A stretch of 64,000 bases of DNA, taken from NCBI RefSeq assembly GCF_009914755.1, contig NC_060932.1. One strand, given 5' to 3'. Of this stretch, positions 1-13,797 are shown piece by piece. This DNA comes from the human T2T-CHM13v2.0 reference genome, Homo sapiens. The first letter of the stretch is position 1. Each line of letters opens with the position of its first letter. The position numbers and the translations under genes are program-made. The notes beneath the pieces are model-generated. The model was given only the letters and a program-made list of their open reading frames with translations. It had not been told where the DNA came from and searched no databases.

Positions 1-429
1 GGAGGGAGGGGAGGGGAGGGAGAAAGAATCCTTCTGTTTCAGGGTACCAACAAAGTCAAGTTAAAGTGATAAACACCATACTGGATGGGTTCAAGCTATT
101 GCAGGTAGAATGCAAAGCAGGTGTATATTCAAGACGGAAACTGAATTTCCTGGAGTGTGTTACTGTTTCCATACTGGGGAAGTGGCATAAATGGTTTATG
201 AAAGAGAGGGAGGGAGACAAAGTTAGCAAGAGAGTTTCAATATGTAAAGGGCAGACAGAGATGGGATAGTTCTTGAGTACTAAATGAGTATCATCCAAAG
301 AAGAAACTAATATAAGAGGTTAGAAAAGAAAATCAAAAGATAACAATTTTAAATTACCAAGAATTGAAAGCAGAATAATTCGAGGCAGTAATAATAACAA
401 ATGTAATTTATTGGATTTGAATCATCCTC

Positions 430-530
430 CAGCACTTCACATAGTTATCTCTTTTAATCCCAACACCAGCCCTGCAAAACAGGTGTTATCATTCCCATTT
501 TACAGATTAGGAATCTGAGGTTCACAGACA
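430..530 (-). mobile_element. MIR SINE fragment
   Basis: cccattttacagattaggaatctgaggttcacaga resembles the reverse complement of the MIR core. Confidence 0.7.
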
Positions 531-3217
531 TTCTCTTATGTGCCTAAGTTTCTAAATGAGGAATGTGAGGTTCCCAAAATATACTTCCTTCACTGAGGAA
601 CATTCCCCTGGTGAATGATGATGCTGGGTGTCTGATTCCAGTACATGCCCTCATCGAAGCCCAGCTGCATCAACCCACTTAACAGTGTGGGTGGGTGGCT
701 GATTAGTGGTGTTCCACCTAGAAATAAAGCTAAGGAGAAGAACAGAACTTCGTGAGGTTCACAGTCAACCTGCACAGGCCCACATTACATGGCTACTAAT
801 GTGCTTAACTGGCTTCCTGAGGGAATGCAGGCTGCTATGTCCAGAAATGAGGCCCCAAAACACAATTTCTAAAATTGCATAATATAGGTGTATATATTTA
901 TAAGGTGATTATAAATAGCTAAAATGAAATGTAGTGTGGTTCAAACTGAATTATTATGAGTCATGTATTATCTATCAGGTCTTCTTTTGAAAGATGCTTT
1001 GACATTGCACGTTCTGATTACTAGTTCTCTTCCTGGGTATAACTGCGGTGCCCTTGTTTAAACAAATAGCAGTGAATGCCATGAATTCAGGGAAATGTTT
1101 GCAGTGAATTAGGGCTTAGGATTGTTCTTTGCATTGGTCCCATTCCAGGAAGTAACTGACTCATTTTATAATGGAATCGTCCTAAAAGGATAAATCAGGG
1201 TGACCCACTTGGAGTCTTTTAAAACAATGGCTACATCTCTACATTTCTAAAAAGAAAAACAACCTGGAACATCCTAAATCAGAACCATGCCCAGAAACAA
1301 AAAGATCTGCCTCAGAAAAGAGGGTGAGTCCGGGGAGGCATTTCATACCCTGTCATGTCAAGTTGATGATAATTGGTTTTACCTGGCACTCCCACCAAAG
1401 CCGTATCATTCATTACCTTGTCAGAATAAATCTACCTGCCGTGTCACAGGTTTGATTAAGAAGCCCTTACAATTTTGTAATAGCACCTTAGCCTGAATTT
1501 GTGTACACTTCTTCATAAAAATGGATGCTTTCAGATTACATACTGCTGGGACTGGGTGTTCTCATTGTAAACAGTAGTCTTACGAACTTAGGCTGGCATC
1601 AAAACCGGCCTTGTGTGCTACTGAGATGTCTTCAACTTAATCCCAGAGGTTTAATATCATTGCCCACAGGAGAAATAAGGTACCTAGAATTGCTAGCAGA
1701 GTGAGTACCGTTTCAGTCATGCCCTGTTACTGTTATGCTAGATTTTTAAATTTTAACTTTTTTTCTTTCTCTCTCTCTCTCTTTTTTTTTTTAAGGCATC
1801 AGCATGTGTCATATCAAGGCTTCAGAACGCTTTGCTCCACATGGCAATGAAAGTGTTTACCAAGTTTGAGTTGTTTGTGCCCATAAAATGCAGTAGAAAT
1901 CTGAACTCTGCCTCATTTTCAGAGCATGGCTACCAACTGGCCTCTGTAGGAGCCCATGTGGTTGGAAAGAAATACTAAAGTTATTTGGACTTGAAAGCTT
2001 CTGGAAAAGGTTTTAGCTACTCCAGAGGGTAAGCAGTTTGGCAGATAAGGCCATTGAATAAGAGGCTCTCTGATGAAACTCTGTCTGCACCAAGAGGTGG
2101 GAAGAGAAATAACAGTTATTGAGGGCATACTTTACCAGGCATTGTCCGTAATCATGATGAAACCCAGCTACCACCTGCACAGCTTGTGCTGGGTGCCATT
2201 GTGCTTTACACAGTCTAGTATATTTCTTGCACCTCGGGTAAGTACAATTATTCCCATTTTTTTCTAGCAAAGGAGCTAAAATGGAGAAAACAGGTAATTT
2301 ATCAAAGACTATAAACTTAGTAAATTAGAAAACGAGTTTCAAATATGATTATGTCTGAATGCAAATTTTTGTAATACACTAAGCTGCCATCTGATTGAGC
2401 CATTTTAGTATGACCTTTCTGTGCTCAAAAGGAAGTTGAGGGAGGTAGGTGAGGCTAGTACAGAAAAGGACTTTTGAGATAAAAGTGGCTGGGAGAAGCA
2501 GAGCCTGGAGAAGTCACAGAAGGCGGGGTGGAGCATGAATGAACTGAGGACTTTGTGACCAGTTGGAAGCAGCAGAAAAAGAGATCCTCAATTAAAAATC
2601 CTGGTAGAAGTGGTCTGGTAGATCAGAATAAAGGACTGTTTGAGATGAAGTCAGATGTTAGCACAGCACCTAACTATGAACTCCTTTTTTAAAGCAGTGA
2701 ATATACTGGTCAAATGTTCACATAAAAAAGAGTCAGAGAAAATCTGAAGTCTTTTTGTTTGGGATTTTCATAAGGATGCTTGTTCTTATATTTTAGATGG
2801 ATCATCTTACTCTTCAACAAATAATATGGTCTGAAAGTTACTTTTCAATTAGTGGAGACATTTTTTGAATAAAAACATAATGTCTTCAGCTGGTCAACAT
2901 GAATTACAATATTTATCTAATAAAGAATGACTGACTTTTGCCCCTATCATGAAGTAAACGAGAATGAATTGGACAACCAAAGTTTTCATTCATACAAAGT
3001 CGTGCTTTGTTTAGAACTCATCATCCATTACACATCCTCTGAACTTTATTTCTCTTATTTACCAAGTATCATGATTGAGCAACAACAGAGAATTGAGAAT
3101 CTTTCTGTATTAATTTGTTGGTTAATATTATGAAAGTTCCATATGAAAATGCTTTAACATTTTTTAATAAATATTGCATTAATTAAGTTAGAAAGCTACT
3201 TTTTAAAAAAATTTGTG

Positions 3218-3572
<355 letters not shown>

Positions 3573-3644
3573 TTAAGAAGTGGTAATATAAAGAAGTGAA
3601 CAAACTTCAAACAAGTATAGAAGTAATTATACTCAAAAGTAGAA

Positions 3645-4290
3645 CATTCATTTATTGATTCCAAAATATTTATTAAGTATTTGCCTATGTGTCAAACCCA
3701 GCACAAGGAACTGGGAATACAGCCATGAATAAAATATACTAAATGATAGATTCTAAAGAAAAATAGATCAGGATAAGGGGATTAAGGCTGATGCTAGTTA
3801 CTATTTTAGTTGGAGTAGTTGAGGAAGGTTTCTTTAAGGAAACCACCTAAATAGAGGGAGGATGTCAGCCTTGTAGACATCAGAGAGGGGAATTCCAGGG
3901 GGTGAACAACAAGTGCAAAAGTCCTGGGGTAAGTATGGGAGTGACGTGTTGTAGAGAATGAAGTGACGGAGAAGAATGGTTAAAAAAAAAAAATTAGGGC
4001 AGAATTTACCCAGGAGCTGGATTTTGCAAGAGTAATGTCTTTGGATTTTTTTCTAGACATGATGGGTTGCTGTAGGAGGGTTTGAGCTGGGGAGTGACAT
4101 GATCTGAATTGTGTTGCAGAAGCATCAGTCTGGCTGCTCTGTCAACAACAGATTTAGTGACACAGGGGTTGGTACGCCCATTATGAGACTGTGGCAGTGT
4201 CGTGAGAGAGAGAGAGGCTGGCAGTGACAGAGTGGTGATGTCATCAGACTGGTGACACATTTTGAGAGTACAGCTGAGATAAAAGGCTTT
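3645..4290 (-). mobile_element. L2 LINE 3' fragment (degraded)
   Basis: cattcatttattgattccaaaatatttattaagtatttgcctatgtg matches the L2 3' end in reverse, followed by purine-rich L2-like body. Confidence 0.65.
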
Positions 4291-4554
4291 TCCTATCATA
4301 GTGTGACGTTAAAGGAGGAGAAAATGGAAAGGAGAGAAAAGGGACACTTTACCTAGAAGTGTACAATATTTATTTTTTAAACAATAATTATTCTCTTTGT
4401 TGACAAGATCTCGTAATGAGGAAAATCAAATTTATTTTGATACATTTATAAGGCTGAGACTCCATTAATTATTTCTAGAGCTAAGGTGATACATTTATTT
4501 TTCAATAGCAAAAATAAATCTGCTTTAATAAGAGTTAATAATGATAATTCCATA

Positions 4555-4780
4555 ATTCATTAATTGAGCACTTACTATGTGCCAGGCAGCATGTGAATAC
4601 CTTTGCAGACTTTATTCACTCTTTTACTATAACCCAGAGAGACAGCTAGGATGTTCTCCGTGTTAGAGATGAGGAAAGTCAGGCTCAGTGAAGCTAAATA
4701 TTTGACCAAGACCATACTGCTAGAGAATGACACACCTAGGGATTAAAGCCAGGCCTGCTTGGCACTGAACCCAGCTCTCA
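4555..4780 (-). mobile_element. MIR SINE
   Basis: attgagcacttactatgtgccaggc ... agatgaggaaagtcaggctcagtgaagctaaatatttgaccaagacc. Confidence 0.8.
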
Positions 4781-5925
4781 ATATCTAAGTTACTGTGTGC
4801 ATAAATACATCAAAGCACACAACAACAGTAACAATAGGAAAAATCCTGAACTGTTCAGGTATTTCAAAGGGCATGTGAAACCGGCATACACAATTTTCTT
4901 TTGACCATTGACAGCATATAAACACAGTCTCCTCTGGCTGTACTCATTTGCTCTTATTAGCTATTAATTGGGTATGTCGATTTTCCACAAAAACAGAAGT
5001 TGACTCATAAGGTGTAAAGAATGCTGAAGCTTTGACTAGGTTATATTCAGCACTCGATGGATTTGATTTTTCTTTTTAAACCACAGTAATGATAAGGAGA
5101 GTGGTGAGTTAATCTTTGACTTCCTTTTTAAAAAACACACATAGGAATAGAGAAACCGTCTCTTAAACTTTACCTTACAGATAGTGACATAAAACAAAAA
5201 TGATATACTTTACAGAAAGTAAAGTCAAATAAATAAACATATAAATAAGTGAATAAATCATGAGAAACTTAAGACGTTCAATAATGATGAGCTCAATCTT
5301 CATCCAAAACATTCTTAAAATTGAGTTTTCCATTTATCTTTGTAAAACAGTCTTCCAGGGAAATACATTATATGAACAGTTTAATTTGTTATGAAGGGCA
5401 CTTGATAGTTGGTCAAATAATTACGATCATTTTAAGAACAACAAGAACTTTGTAATTAGGGAAATCAAAATTTCCAAGGGTAACAAGTTAACAACATATA
5501 AGTTAATAAGGTAAGGGCAGTAGGTTAGAAAGGTTGTGACATTAGTATTCCCTGTTCCTCTCTGCCAGGTAGAATCTTGGCGTTGGCTGTTCTCCCCAAC
5601 CATCCTGTACCATAGCTGTCTCTGAGCTTAGACAACCCTGACTCCTCCCTTTGTTCCCAGCATCATCACTTCTATTATTCTATGTACCCATGTGTGCTCC
5701 TTCCTTAGCCTGGATTGCTCTTTCCTACTTTTTCTGCCAAACTCCTATTCATCCTACTGAAACTATTCAAATACCATTTTCTCTATAAAACCTTTTGGAC
5801 TCTCTCAAGGCCAAACTAATCTATTATTTTTTTCATAGAGCATTTTTATATTTCTATTACAATGTTTCACAAACTTTACTCATTCAGATGCCACTTTCAC
5901 AATTTTTGTAATATTCTTCTACCAC

Positions 5926-6270
5926 ATGTGTTAGTCAGCATAAGCCATCTTACACTGTAGTAACAAAAATGTGCAATCTCAGTGGTTTAACAAAACTGTA
6001 CTTTATTTTTGCTCAGACAAAGTTGTCTGTGGATCCTGACAACCCTCCAGGGAAGAACACAAGATAAGGGGAAGAGAATGCTGGAGGAGGTCAACCTGGA
6101 AATTCAGTGGGTCACCTGGGACATGCCACATGTTGCTTTTGCTGACCACCCGTAGAACAGAGCTAGTTACAGGCCCCTAAGCCACTGTAAGAGGCAGGGT
6201 AGTAAAATCCTTCCAGGTAGCGGGAAAGAGATGTGAACTGGACATGGGTTCACACTAAGAGTCTTTACTA
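5926..6270 (-). mobile_element. MLT1-type (ERVL-MaLR) solo LTR, old
   Basis: tgtgttagtcagcataagcc...tgtagtaacaaaaa...atctcagtggtttaacaaaa typical of reverse MLT1J/K/L end. Confidence 0.6.
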
Positions 6271-6529
6271 CTTATCTATACTAGAATTTGCAAGACTTTT
6301 TCTCTTTAAATAAATTCACTATTTTTTTACTTAAATAAATGTATTTAAAAAGAAAACTGCATTTATTAATGAAAAACTTGTATTACATAGTATTATTTAT
6401 TTTTAACCATTGCAGAACAAAATCACAAGAGTTACATGACCAACAGAGTCTATATATAACTTAAATACATGTTCCATCATTTAAGAACCACTGTTCTAAT
6501 GTTAAAATATGTAATATTCATTGCGCACC

Positions 6530-6690
6530 TGGCATGTGCCAGTGAGTGTTCTAGGCATTCCATTTGATTCATGAAACAACCGAAAGTGTTGGACGCTCTC
6601 TATTTTCCCCACTGTACAAATGAGACAGGAGAGGCCAAGGAATTTTCCCAAGATCACATAGGTAGTAAGTGGCAGAGGAAGAACATGAAT
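6530..6690 (-). mobile_element. MIR SINE
   Basis: atgtgccagtgagtgttctaggc ... cccactgtacaaatgagacaggagaggcc ... cccaagatcacataggtagtaagtggcagag. Confidence 0.7.
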
Positions 6691-6830
6691 CTTTGTAGCT
6701 TGATTCCAGGGGATTCTTTTTCACTTCATCTCCATGTTATGTCTAAGCAACTGGAGGACAGTGACTTTCTTTGCATTTCCATCACAGGCTACACTGCCTG
6801 GTATGTACTATGAGTTGAATTCATTTTGCT

Positions 6831-7331
6831 TCTTTTTAACTTTTATTTTACATACATGTAAAGATTTGTTACATAGGTCAACACATGTCACGGGGGTTTG
6901 TTGTACAGATTATTTCATTGCTCAGGTATTAAGCCCAGCCCCTAATAGTTACGTTTTCTGCTTCTCTCCTCCTACTACCCTCCCCACTTAAGTAGAACCC
7001 AGTTTCCTACTTTGTGTTCATAATGTCTTATCATTTAGCTCCCACTCATAAATGAGAACATGTGGCATTTGGTTTTCTGTTCTTGCATTAGTTTGCTAAG
7101 GATAATAGCCTCCAGCTCCATCCATGTTCCCTCAAAAGACATGATCTTGTTCTTTCTTATGGCTGCATAGTATCATTGCAGAATGATTTCTACTCATCTG
7201 GGTATACCAGTTATGGGATTGCTGGGTTGAATGGTAGTTCTGCTTTTAGCTCTTTGAGGAATCACCATACTGCTTTCCACAATGAACTAATTTACATTCC
7301 TATCAATAGTGTATACATGTTCACTTTTTGC
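6831..7331 (-). mobile_element. L1 3' end, 5'-truncated (old L1PA/L1PB type)
   Basis: gggggtttgttgtacagattatttcat, catttagctcccactcataaatgagaacatgtggcatttggttttctg, gggattgctgggttgaatggtagttctg. Confidence 0.9.
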
Positions 7332-8029
7332 TAAATAGATCAAATATTTTAATGCCCAAACAGCAATGACATTAGTTACTTTCAAAAAGGGGCAAGGGAG
7401 GCAATGCATATAATATTCAAAAAAAATTAAGTAGAAACACAAGATTAGTTAAATTAAAAAATTATGCTCCTTTAATGACACTAGATAATCAAAAGAGATT
7501 ACTCAGGTCTATCACATATACCTTGGTAAACCAGCTCTAGAAGCCACATGGTCTGATGCTACTCCTCACATCCTCACAATGCCAGGTCACAATGTCCCTA
7601 ATGTCCTGTAGTTGGCTTAACCCTGAAGCAGTCACTGCTGGTGCTACTGACAGAGCTGTTGACTTAGTTTCACTCCATAACTGAGTCTCGGCTCCTTCTC
7701 AGGAAACTTACCTAGACTCTGTTGAACATGACAAGTGGTCCAGGAACACTGTGCTACTAACTGCTTATTTTGTCTAGGCAATACCAAATGGCCAATCTGA
7801 TTATCACTTTAGTTTGCAAAAATGTAAATAAACATAAGTAAATATTTAAACATTTAGCTTTTTATTAGTCTCATAAGGCCATAATTATGTTATTTGACAC
7901 CAGTTTGGGATTTCTCCTCCAAAGTTACCACAGAGGAAAACATTATTAATACGATTTTCTTTTTTCAGAGGAGACATCAGGGTGGGGAATAGAAAGGCAT
8001 TTAACATTACGCTAGGAGCAGTAAATGTT

Positions 8030-8160
8030 ATCTCATTTAATCTTCTGAAGTTCTCCAAGAAATGAATCGTATTATCTTCATTTTAACAAAGAAGAAATTG
8101 AGCCTCAGAGAGTATGTAACTCTCTAAGGTCACACAGCTAACAAGTGTCAGAACTTGGTT
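8030..8160 (-). mobile_element. MIR SINE
   Basis: tctcatttaatc...gaagaaattgagcctcagagag...aaggtcacacagctaacaagtg. Confidence 0.7.
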
Positions 8161-10069
8161 TTATAGATATTCTCCTGCCATCTAGTTTCTGAAGAAAATC
8201 CACTCCTGTTTTGATTTTACTCCTAGTAACAAGAAGGAACTAAACAAAATGCTAAGACGAAGTTAAGTAAAACAAAGAGAAAATTACGAAGTTTCAAGTT
8301 TCAAAAGTTCTCACCAAAAGCATTTTCACTAGCAGTGAGCCATAATATTGTCTTCATTTCCTTGCTTTCTCCCTAAATCTACCCCTATGTCTTCTATTCC
8401 AGAATCGTGGAAGACCCCACTATACTCTTAACCCAAAGTCCAAAGCCATCTTCTGTTTTCCCTTGCAGCCTTTGTAAATTTCTTTCTTCACTTAGGAACT
8501 GTAGAGAAAGGCAACAGACATGTGGAAATAATAATAGTAAAAATAATGGCTAACATTTATTAAGTGTTGCTATGTGCCATAGAATTGGCAATTTAAGTCT
8601 CTAGTTAGACGAAATATGATTCATTGACATTTCAAATGAAAATCTACTCATCTTTTTTTTCACACGTACACATAAAAAGATATTCTGAAGGATTTAATTT
8701 GAAAAATTAAAATATACAAAGAAAAGAGATGGAAGGTAACCAGAAATGTATCCGTTGCTTAGACTGGTCCCATAAGAAAGAGTATTAGGTGTCCATTGTA
8801 GAGGCGGGAGGCATCAATGGCCTAGCTTAGAGCAACAGGACCAGGTGAAAAGTAATGTATGAAGGAAGGGAAAAGAGGAACTGAGAGAGTCCTAGGATTT
8901 TCAGCAGAGAGGGGGTATAGCATTGGGCTAATGGGAAGGAAATCCCAAGGTTTTAACTGTATAAGTAAGAAATTCTCTCAGTTGAGTAATACTTAAGGGT
9001 CTCATGGTAGCCACTAGCAATTAAGTGATACAAAATAAACCTTTCCTTTATCTTAAATGGGAGGATTTGATTCTTCATATGTTTTTATGACTTTTGATAA
9101 GAAAGATTATGCTTTTATGTAAGCATGTCAGAAAGGATTTAAAATGTGCAGCTTTTAATACAATGCTCAACTGAAAGCTTAAGTTTTTATAGGTGAAATA
9201 CTGGAACCCTATCTCAGGCAGTTGGAGGCAGCACACTAAAATAACAAGGTTCATGGGTGTGAAGCTCAGGAAACTTGTCTTCAGAGAAACTAGCCAGAGA
9301 TTGATAACTAGGCACATTCTTCAGCAGCCTTAATATGAGTTCCAATAAATTTAACAGGGAAAGCCTCAAGTTACAAAATTACATTTAGTAAAGTTAAATG
9401 CTTTGAGAACTAAGTCAACTTTTACTCACATATCACTAAAAATAGTTTTTTAAGGGGTGGATGTTGGTGGTGTGGGAGATGGTTATCCATTTAAAATGTA
9501 AGATAAAGCCAGTCTGTTAGATCTACATTAAAGCTTCGTAGAATGTACATAATTAAGGTTGTGTTTAAATCTTTGACATTATTTGCACTACTTGGTAATA
9601 TATTTCTCAGGAAAAAAATGGCTTTAATAGAAGACTTACTTAAATCAAAAAAAAAAATACTAAGACTCAGAAAACCTCCAAATAAAAAGTATTATTACAA
9701 TCATCTATAAAACAGAAGTCCAAAAGTATTATGAAGGGACAAAGTTTAGCCATGGTAAGGCAGCCAAATCAAATTCCTGGGAAGACTGGAAGGCCTTCTG
9801 CTCTGGGCACTTTGCTACATGTTTGGCATATGTGGGAAGGATGGTTGGTTCCTGGTGAAAAACAATATGAAGGGATCAGGTATTATAAAGAAGCTATTTA
9901 TGTTAGATGACCCTAAAAATCTTGTTCTTTCATAATTTATTCATGGCACCTTCATAGGAAATCACTGATTTAACAGAAACAAAAAAAAAAACTATTCTCT
10001 AGAATTTCGGAATTTATCCAAGGAATCAGAATTCCATCATGCAGTTCATTAGAAAGGAGCCAACATGTG

Positions 10070-10460
10070 GAACTCATTGTAACAGTGTTGAAAGTTTGCA
10101 AACATGGGTCAGTGAAGCAACCCAGAGATCAGCAAAGAAGGGAAGAGCAGCCATAATAGAGCTAGAGGTCTCCAAGGAGGCTGTGATGTAACCAAAGCCG
10201 GGAGTCACACCAGTTACCCTGCCTGGCCCACACCAGGACTGTGAGGGGACGCAACCACAGCTAGAGATGCTTCCCAAGGAAAACAGGTGAAAGTGGCTTT
10301 ATTTCTCCACACCTCCAACCCTCCTCACTCCCACCAGTGTCTCTCCTGGACAAATCCAGCCTAAAGTCACTTGACAAGGAAGCCTGAGAAGTGCATTTTT
10401 TAGGAATCACATCCTGTGATAAAGAACAGAACCAGGGAAGGGCAAATGCACAATGACAGC
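10070..10460. mobile_element. Possible ancient ERVL-class LTR fragment
   Basis: GC-richer island with LTR78/LTR41-like motifs (cagagatcagcaaag, caccagtgtctctcctggacaaatccagc); family uncertain. Confidence 0.35.
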
Positions 10461-10879
10461 CATACCCTCCTATCAAAAAATGTGTTTTTGCTACTGCTTA
10501 TATGCTGACTATCCCCAAAATGTTTTTTTAAACCAAAGTTTTGGTGACACAGGCTTTATGTTGAGACATCCTCAGCATTAATATGCAGGTAGAGTGAGAA
10601 TTCTACTCAATAATGGTGCCAAAACTCAAGTGGAAGCCAGCAGATACCATCAAGAAACTTTCACAAACACTGTAAACGTGGAGGAAATCAAGTATTATTC
10701 TCATAAAAAAGACTTTAGGAAGATTAAAGCTGATTGCAGAAGATGGCACATATGTTCCCAAAAATTTCTATAGGTTTTTCCCTGCAACTATTTTCTGGGA
10801 GTGGAGTAGATATGTGAAAAATGAGACTTTTTAAATGTTAAAAACTACGATTAAAAAAAAGAGAGTGAATGGTTACAAT

Positions 10880-11070
10880 GTGTCAGGCATATAAAACAAG
10901 TTTGTAAACATTATCTCATTTAAACTTGTTTATCTCACATTTATCTCACACTAAATTTGGTGAAAAAGCATTTATAGCCCATTTTACAGATCCTAAAACT
11001 GAGCCTTAGAGACTCAGTAAGTGACTTCCTTAAGGTTATGCATTAGGTAAATGCTAAAGCTGGAGTACAA
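10880..11070 (-). mobile_element. MIR SINE
   Basis: atgtgtcaggc...attatctcatttaa...cccattttacagatcctaaaactgagccttagaga...agtgacttccttaaggtt. Confidence 0.75.
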
Positions 11071-12490
11071 ACACAAACCTTACAGTGTCTCCATACTCAG
11101 CACTTAGGTCTAGTGCTAATGTATATATAAATGATTGGTAAGTTATTAATGGATAGAAATGACATTTTAAAAGCATATAAGGAGCATGGATGTTTCTACT
11201 GCATCCTGACAAGTAAGAAGTTGAACAAACTGAAAAATCAGCAACTCTTCTTAGAACTGTAAGTCATAGGGCAAACTGTGACCCCCAAAATTGGAGAAAT
11301 AGATGAGCAGGTACAGAGTATCACATACTAGTGTAGAAACCCATGAGCAGAAATCTTCACAGGAACAAGTTCTGGGGTAGGAAACCTAAACTGTAATTGG
11401 TGAATTGCCGGAGGCTCAGTGTGATTGAGTCACAGAGTGGTCCCCACACTTTCATGAGTTTTTCCTCCAGGAGCTCTACCAGGTTCTCATGGTGAATATT
11501 AGAGAAAAATCTTGTGTTTTTAACAGAACTGGGGGAAGAGACGATTTTGAAATATACCAGAGCATTCTGTTCTTCTTAAGAGGTCTTTACTTAATAGAAA
11601 TTATTTGAAGAGAAACAACTGCTGGAGTTTTATCAGAGCCTAACTGATCTGGGGAAAGGGAAGTACCCAACTTTAGCTCCTTTAAACTTCCACACTAAAG
11701 CAGGGAAATACCCAACTCCAGACCACTATAGCCATTCTGTCTCATCACGGCAGGGAACATCTAAAAAGAACTTGTTAAAGTCGCAGTCCAAAGACGCAGG
11801 CTCACTAAAAGCCTGAGAATTAATCACACATAGAATGCTTTCCTTACCCTCACATTTTACTACCACTTTACTAGCAGTCTAATTACTGCAGTCCCTTTTA
11901 CCCAGTACATCATGTCTGGCTATGGAAAAACAAAAAGTTACAAAGCACATTAAAAGGCTGAAAGAAAAACCCCACATAATTTGAGGAGGCAGAGGAAGCA
12001 TCAAAACCAGAATCAGATATGGCAGGGATGTTGGGATTACTAGACAGGAAATTTAAAACAACTATGATTAATATGCTAAAGACTCTAATGGATAAAGTAG
12101 ACAGCATACAAAAACAGATGGGCAATGTAAACAGAGTGATAGAAATCCTCAAAGAATAAAAAAGAAATTCTATAGAGATGAAAAACACTGTAACAGAAAT
12201 GAAGAATGCTTTGATGGGCTTATTAGTAGACTACATACACATGGATGAGGAAAGAACCTCTGAACTTGAAGATAACTAAATTAAATCCCCCAAAACTGAG
12301 AAGCAAAGAAAAAAAAAGACTGGAGAAAAAAGCATATCAAAGAACTATAAGAAAGCTACTAAAAAAGGTAACATATACATAACTGGGAATACCAGAAGAG
12401 AGAGTAACAAAAAATATATAAAGAAATAATGACTAAAAAGTTCCTGAAATTAATGTCAGACGCCAAATGATAGATCTGGGAAGTTCAGAG

Positions 12491-12491
<1 letters not shown>

Positions 12492-12553
<62 letters not shown>
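12492..12553 (+). repeat. (AC)16 microsatellite fused to A30
   Basis: direct read of sequence. Confidence 0.95.
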
Positions 12554-12554
<1 letters not shown>

Positions 12555-13411
12555 AGACAAAAACCTATATCTAGGTGCATTATATTTAAATTGCAGAAAA
12601 TCAAAGATAAAGAAAAAATACTGAAAAAAGTCAGAGGAAAAAACACTTTACCTATAGAGGAACAAAGATAAAAATTACATCTGACTTCTCCTTTGAAACC
12701 ATGCAAGCAAGAAAAGAATAAAATGAAATTTTTAAATGTTGAAAGAAAAAAATAAAAACCTAGAAGTCTACAACCTGAAAATTATCCTTCAAATGTGAAG
12801 TAGAAACCAAGACTCTCAGAAAAACAAAAGTTGAGGGAATCTGTTGCCACTAGATGTTCCTTGCAAAAAAATGTTAAAAGAAGTCCTTTAGAGAGAAGGA
12901 AAATTATATAGGCCAGAAACATGGGTCTACGTAAAGAAGAGCATTGGAGAAAGAATAATTGAAAGTATAATTAAAGCATATTTTTCTTGTTCTTCATTGA
13001 TTCAGCAGATAACAATTTGTTCAAAATAATAGCAGCAATATATTTGATTATGTATGTTTACATACATAGGCTTACGTTTAAGTGAAAGAAATGACAGCAA
13101 TAAAACAAGAAACAGGAGGGAGGAATTATGATTATTTTGTTATAAAAAGGTAGTTAAGTGTTAACGGTGTTATTTGAAAGTGGAGTTGGATTAGTTGTAA
13201 GTGTATTTTGCAAATTCTAAGTTAAACACTAAAAAGAGTTAAAAAGTGCATCTGAAATGCTAAGAAAGAGGAGAAAAATGCTCAGGAAAACCAAAAAAGG
13301 CAGAAAAAGTAGTGAAAAAAATAGGAAAAAGGAATGAGTGCAGCATACAGAAAACAGTAACAAATATGGTAGATGTTAATACAACTACATTTAAAAGTAA
13401 GTGTTAATAGT

Positions 13412-13797
<386 letters not shown>

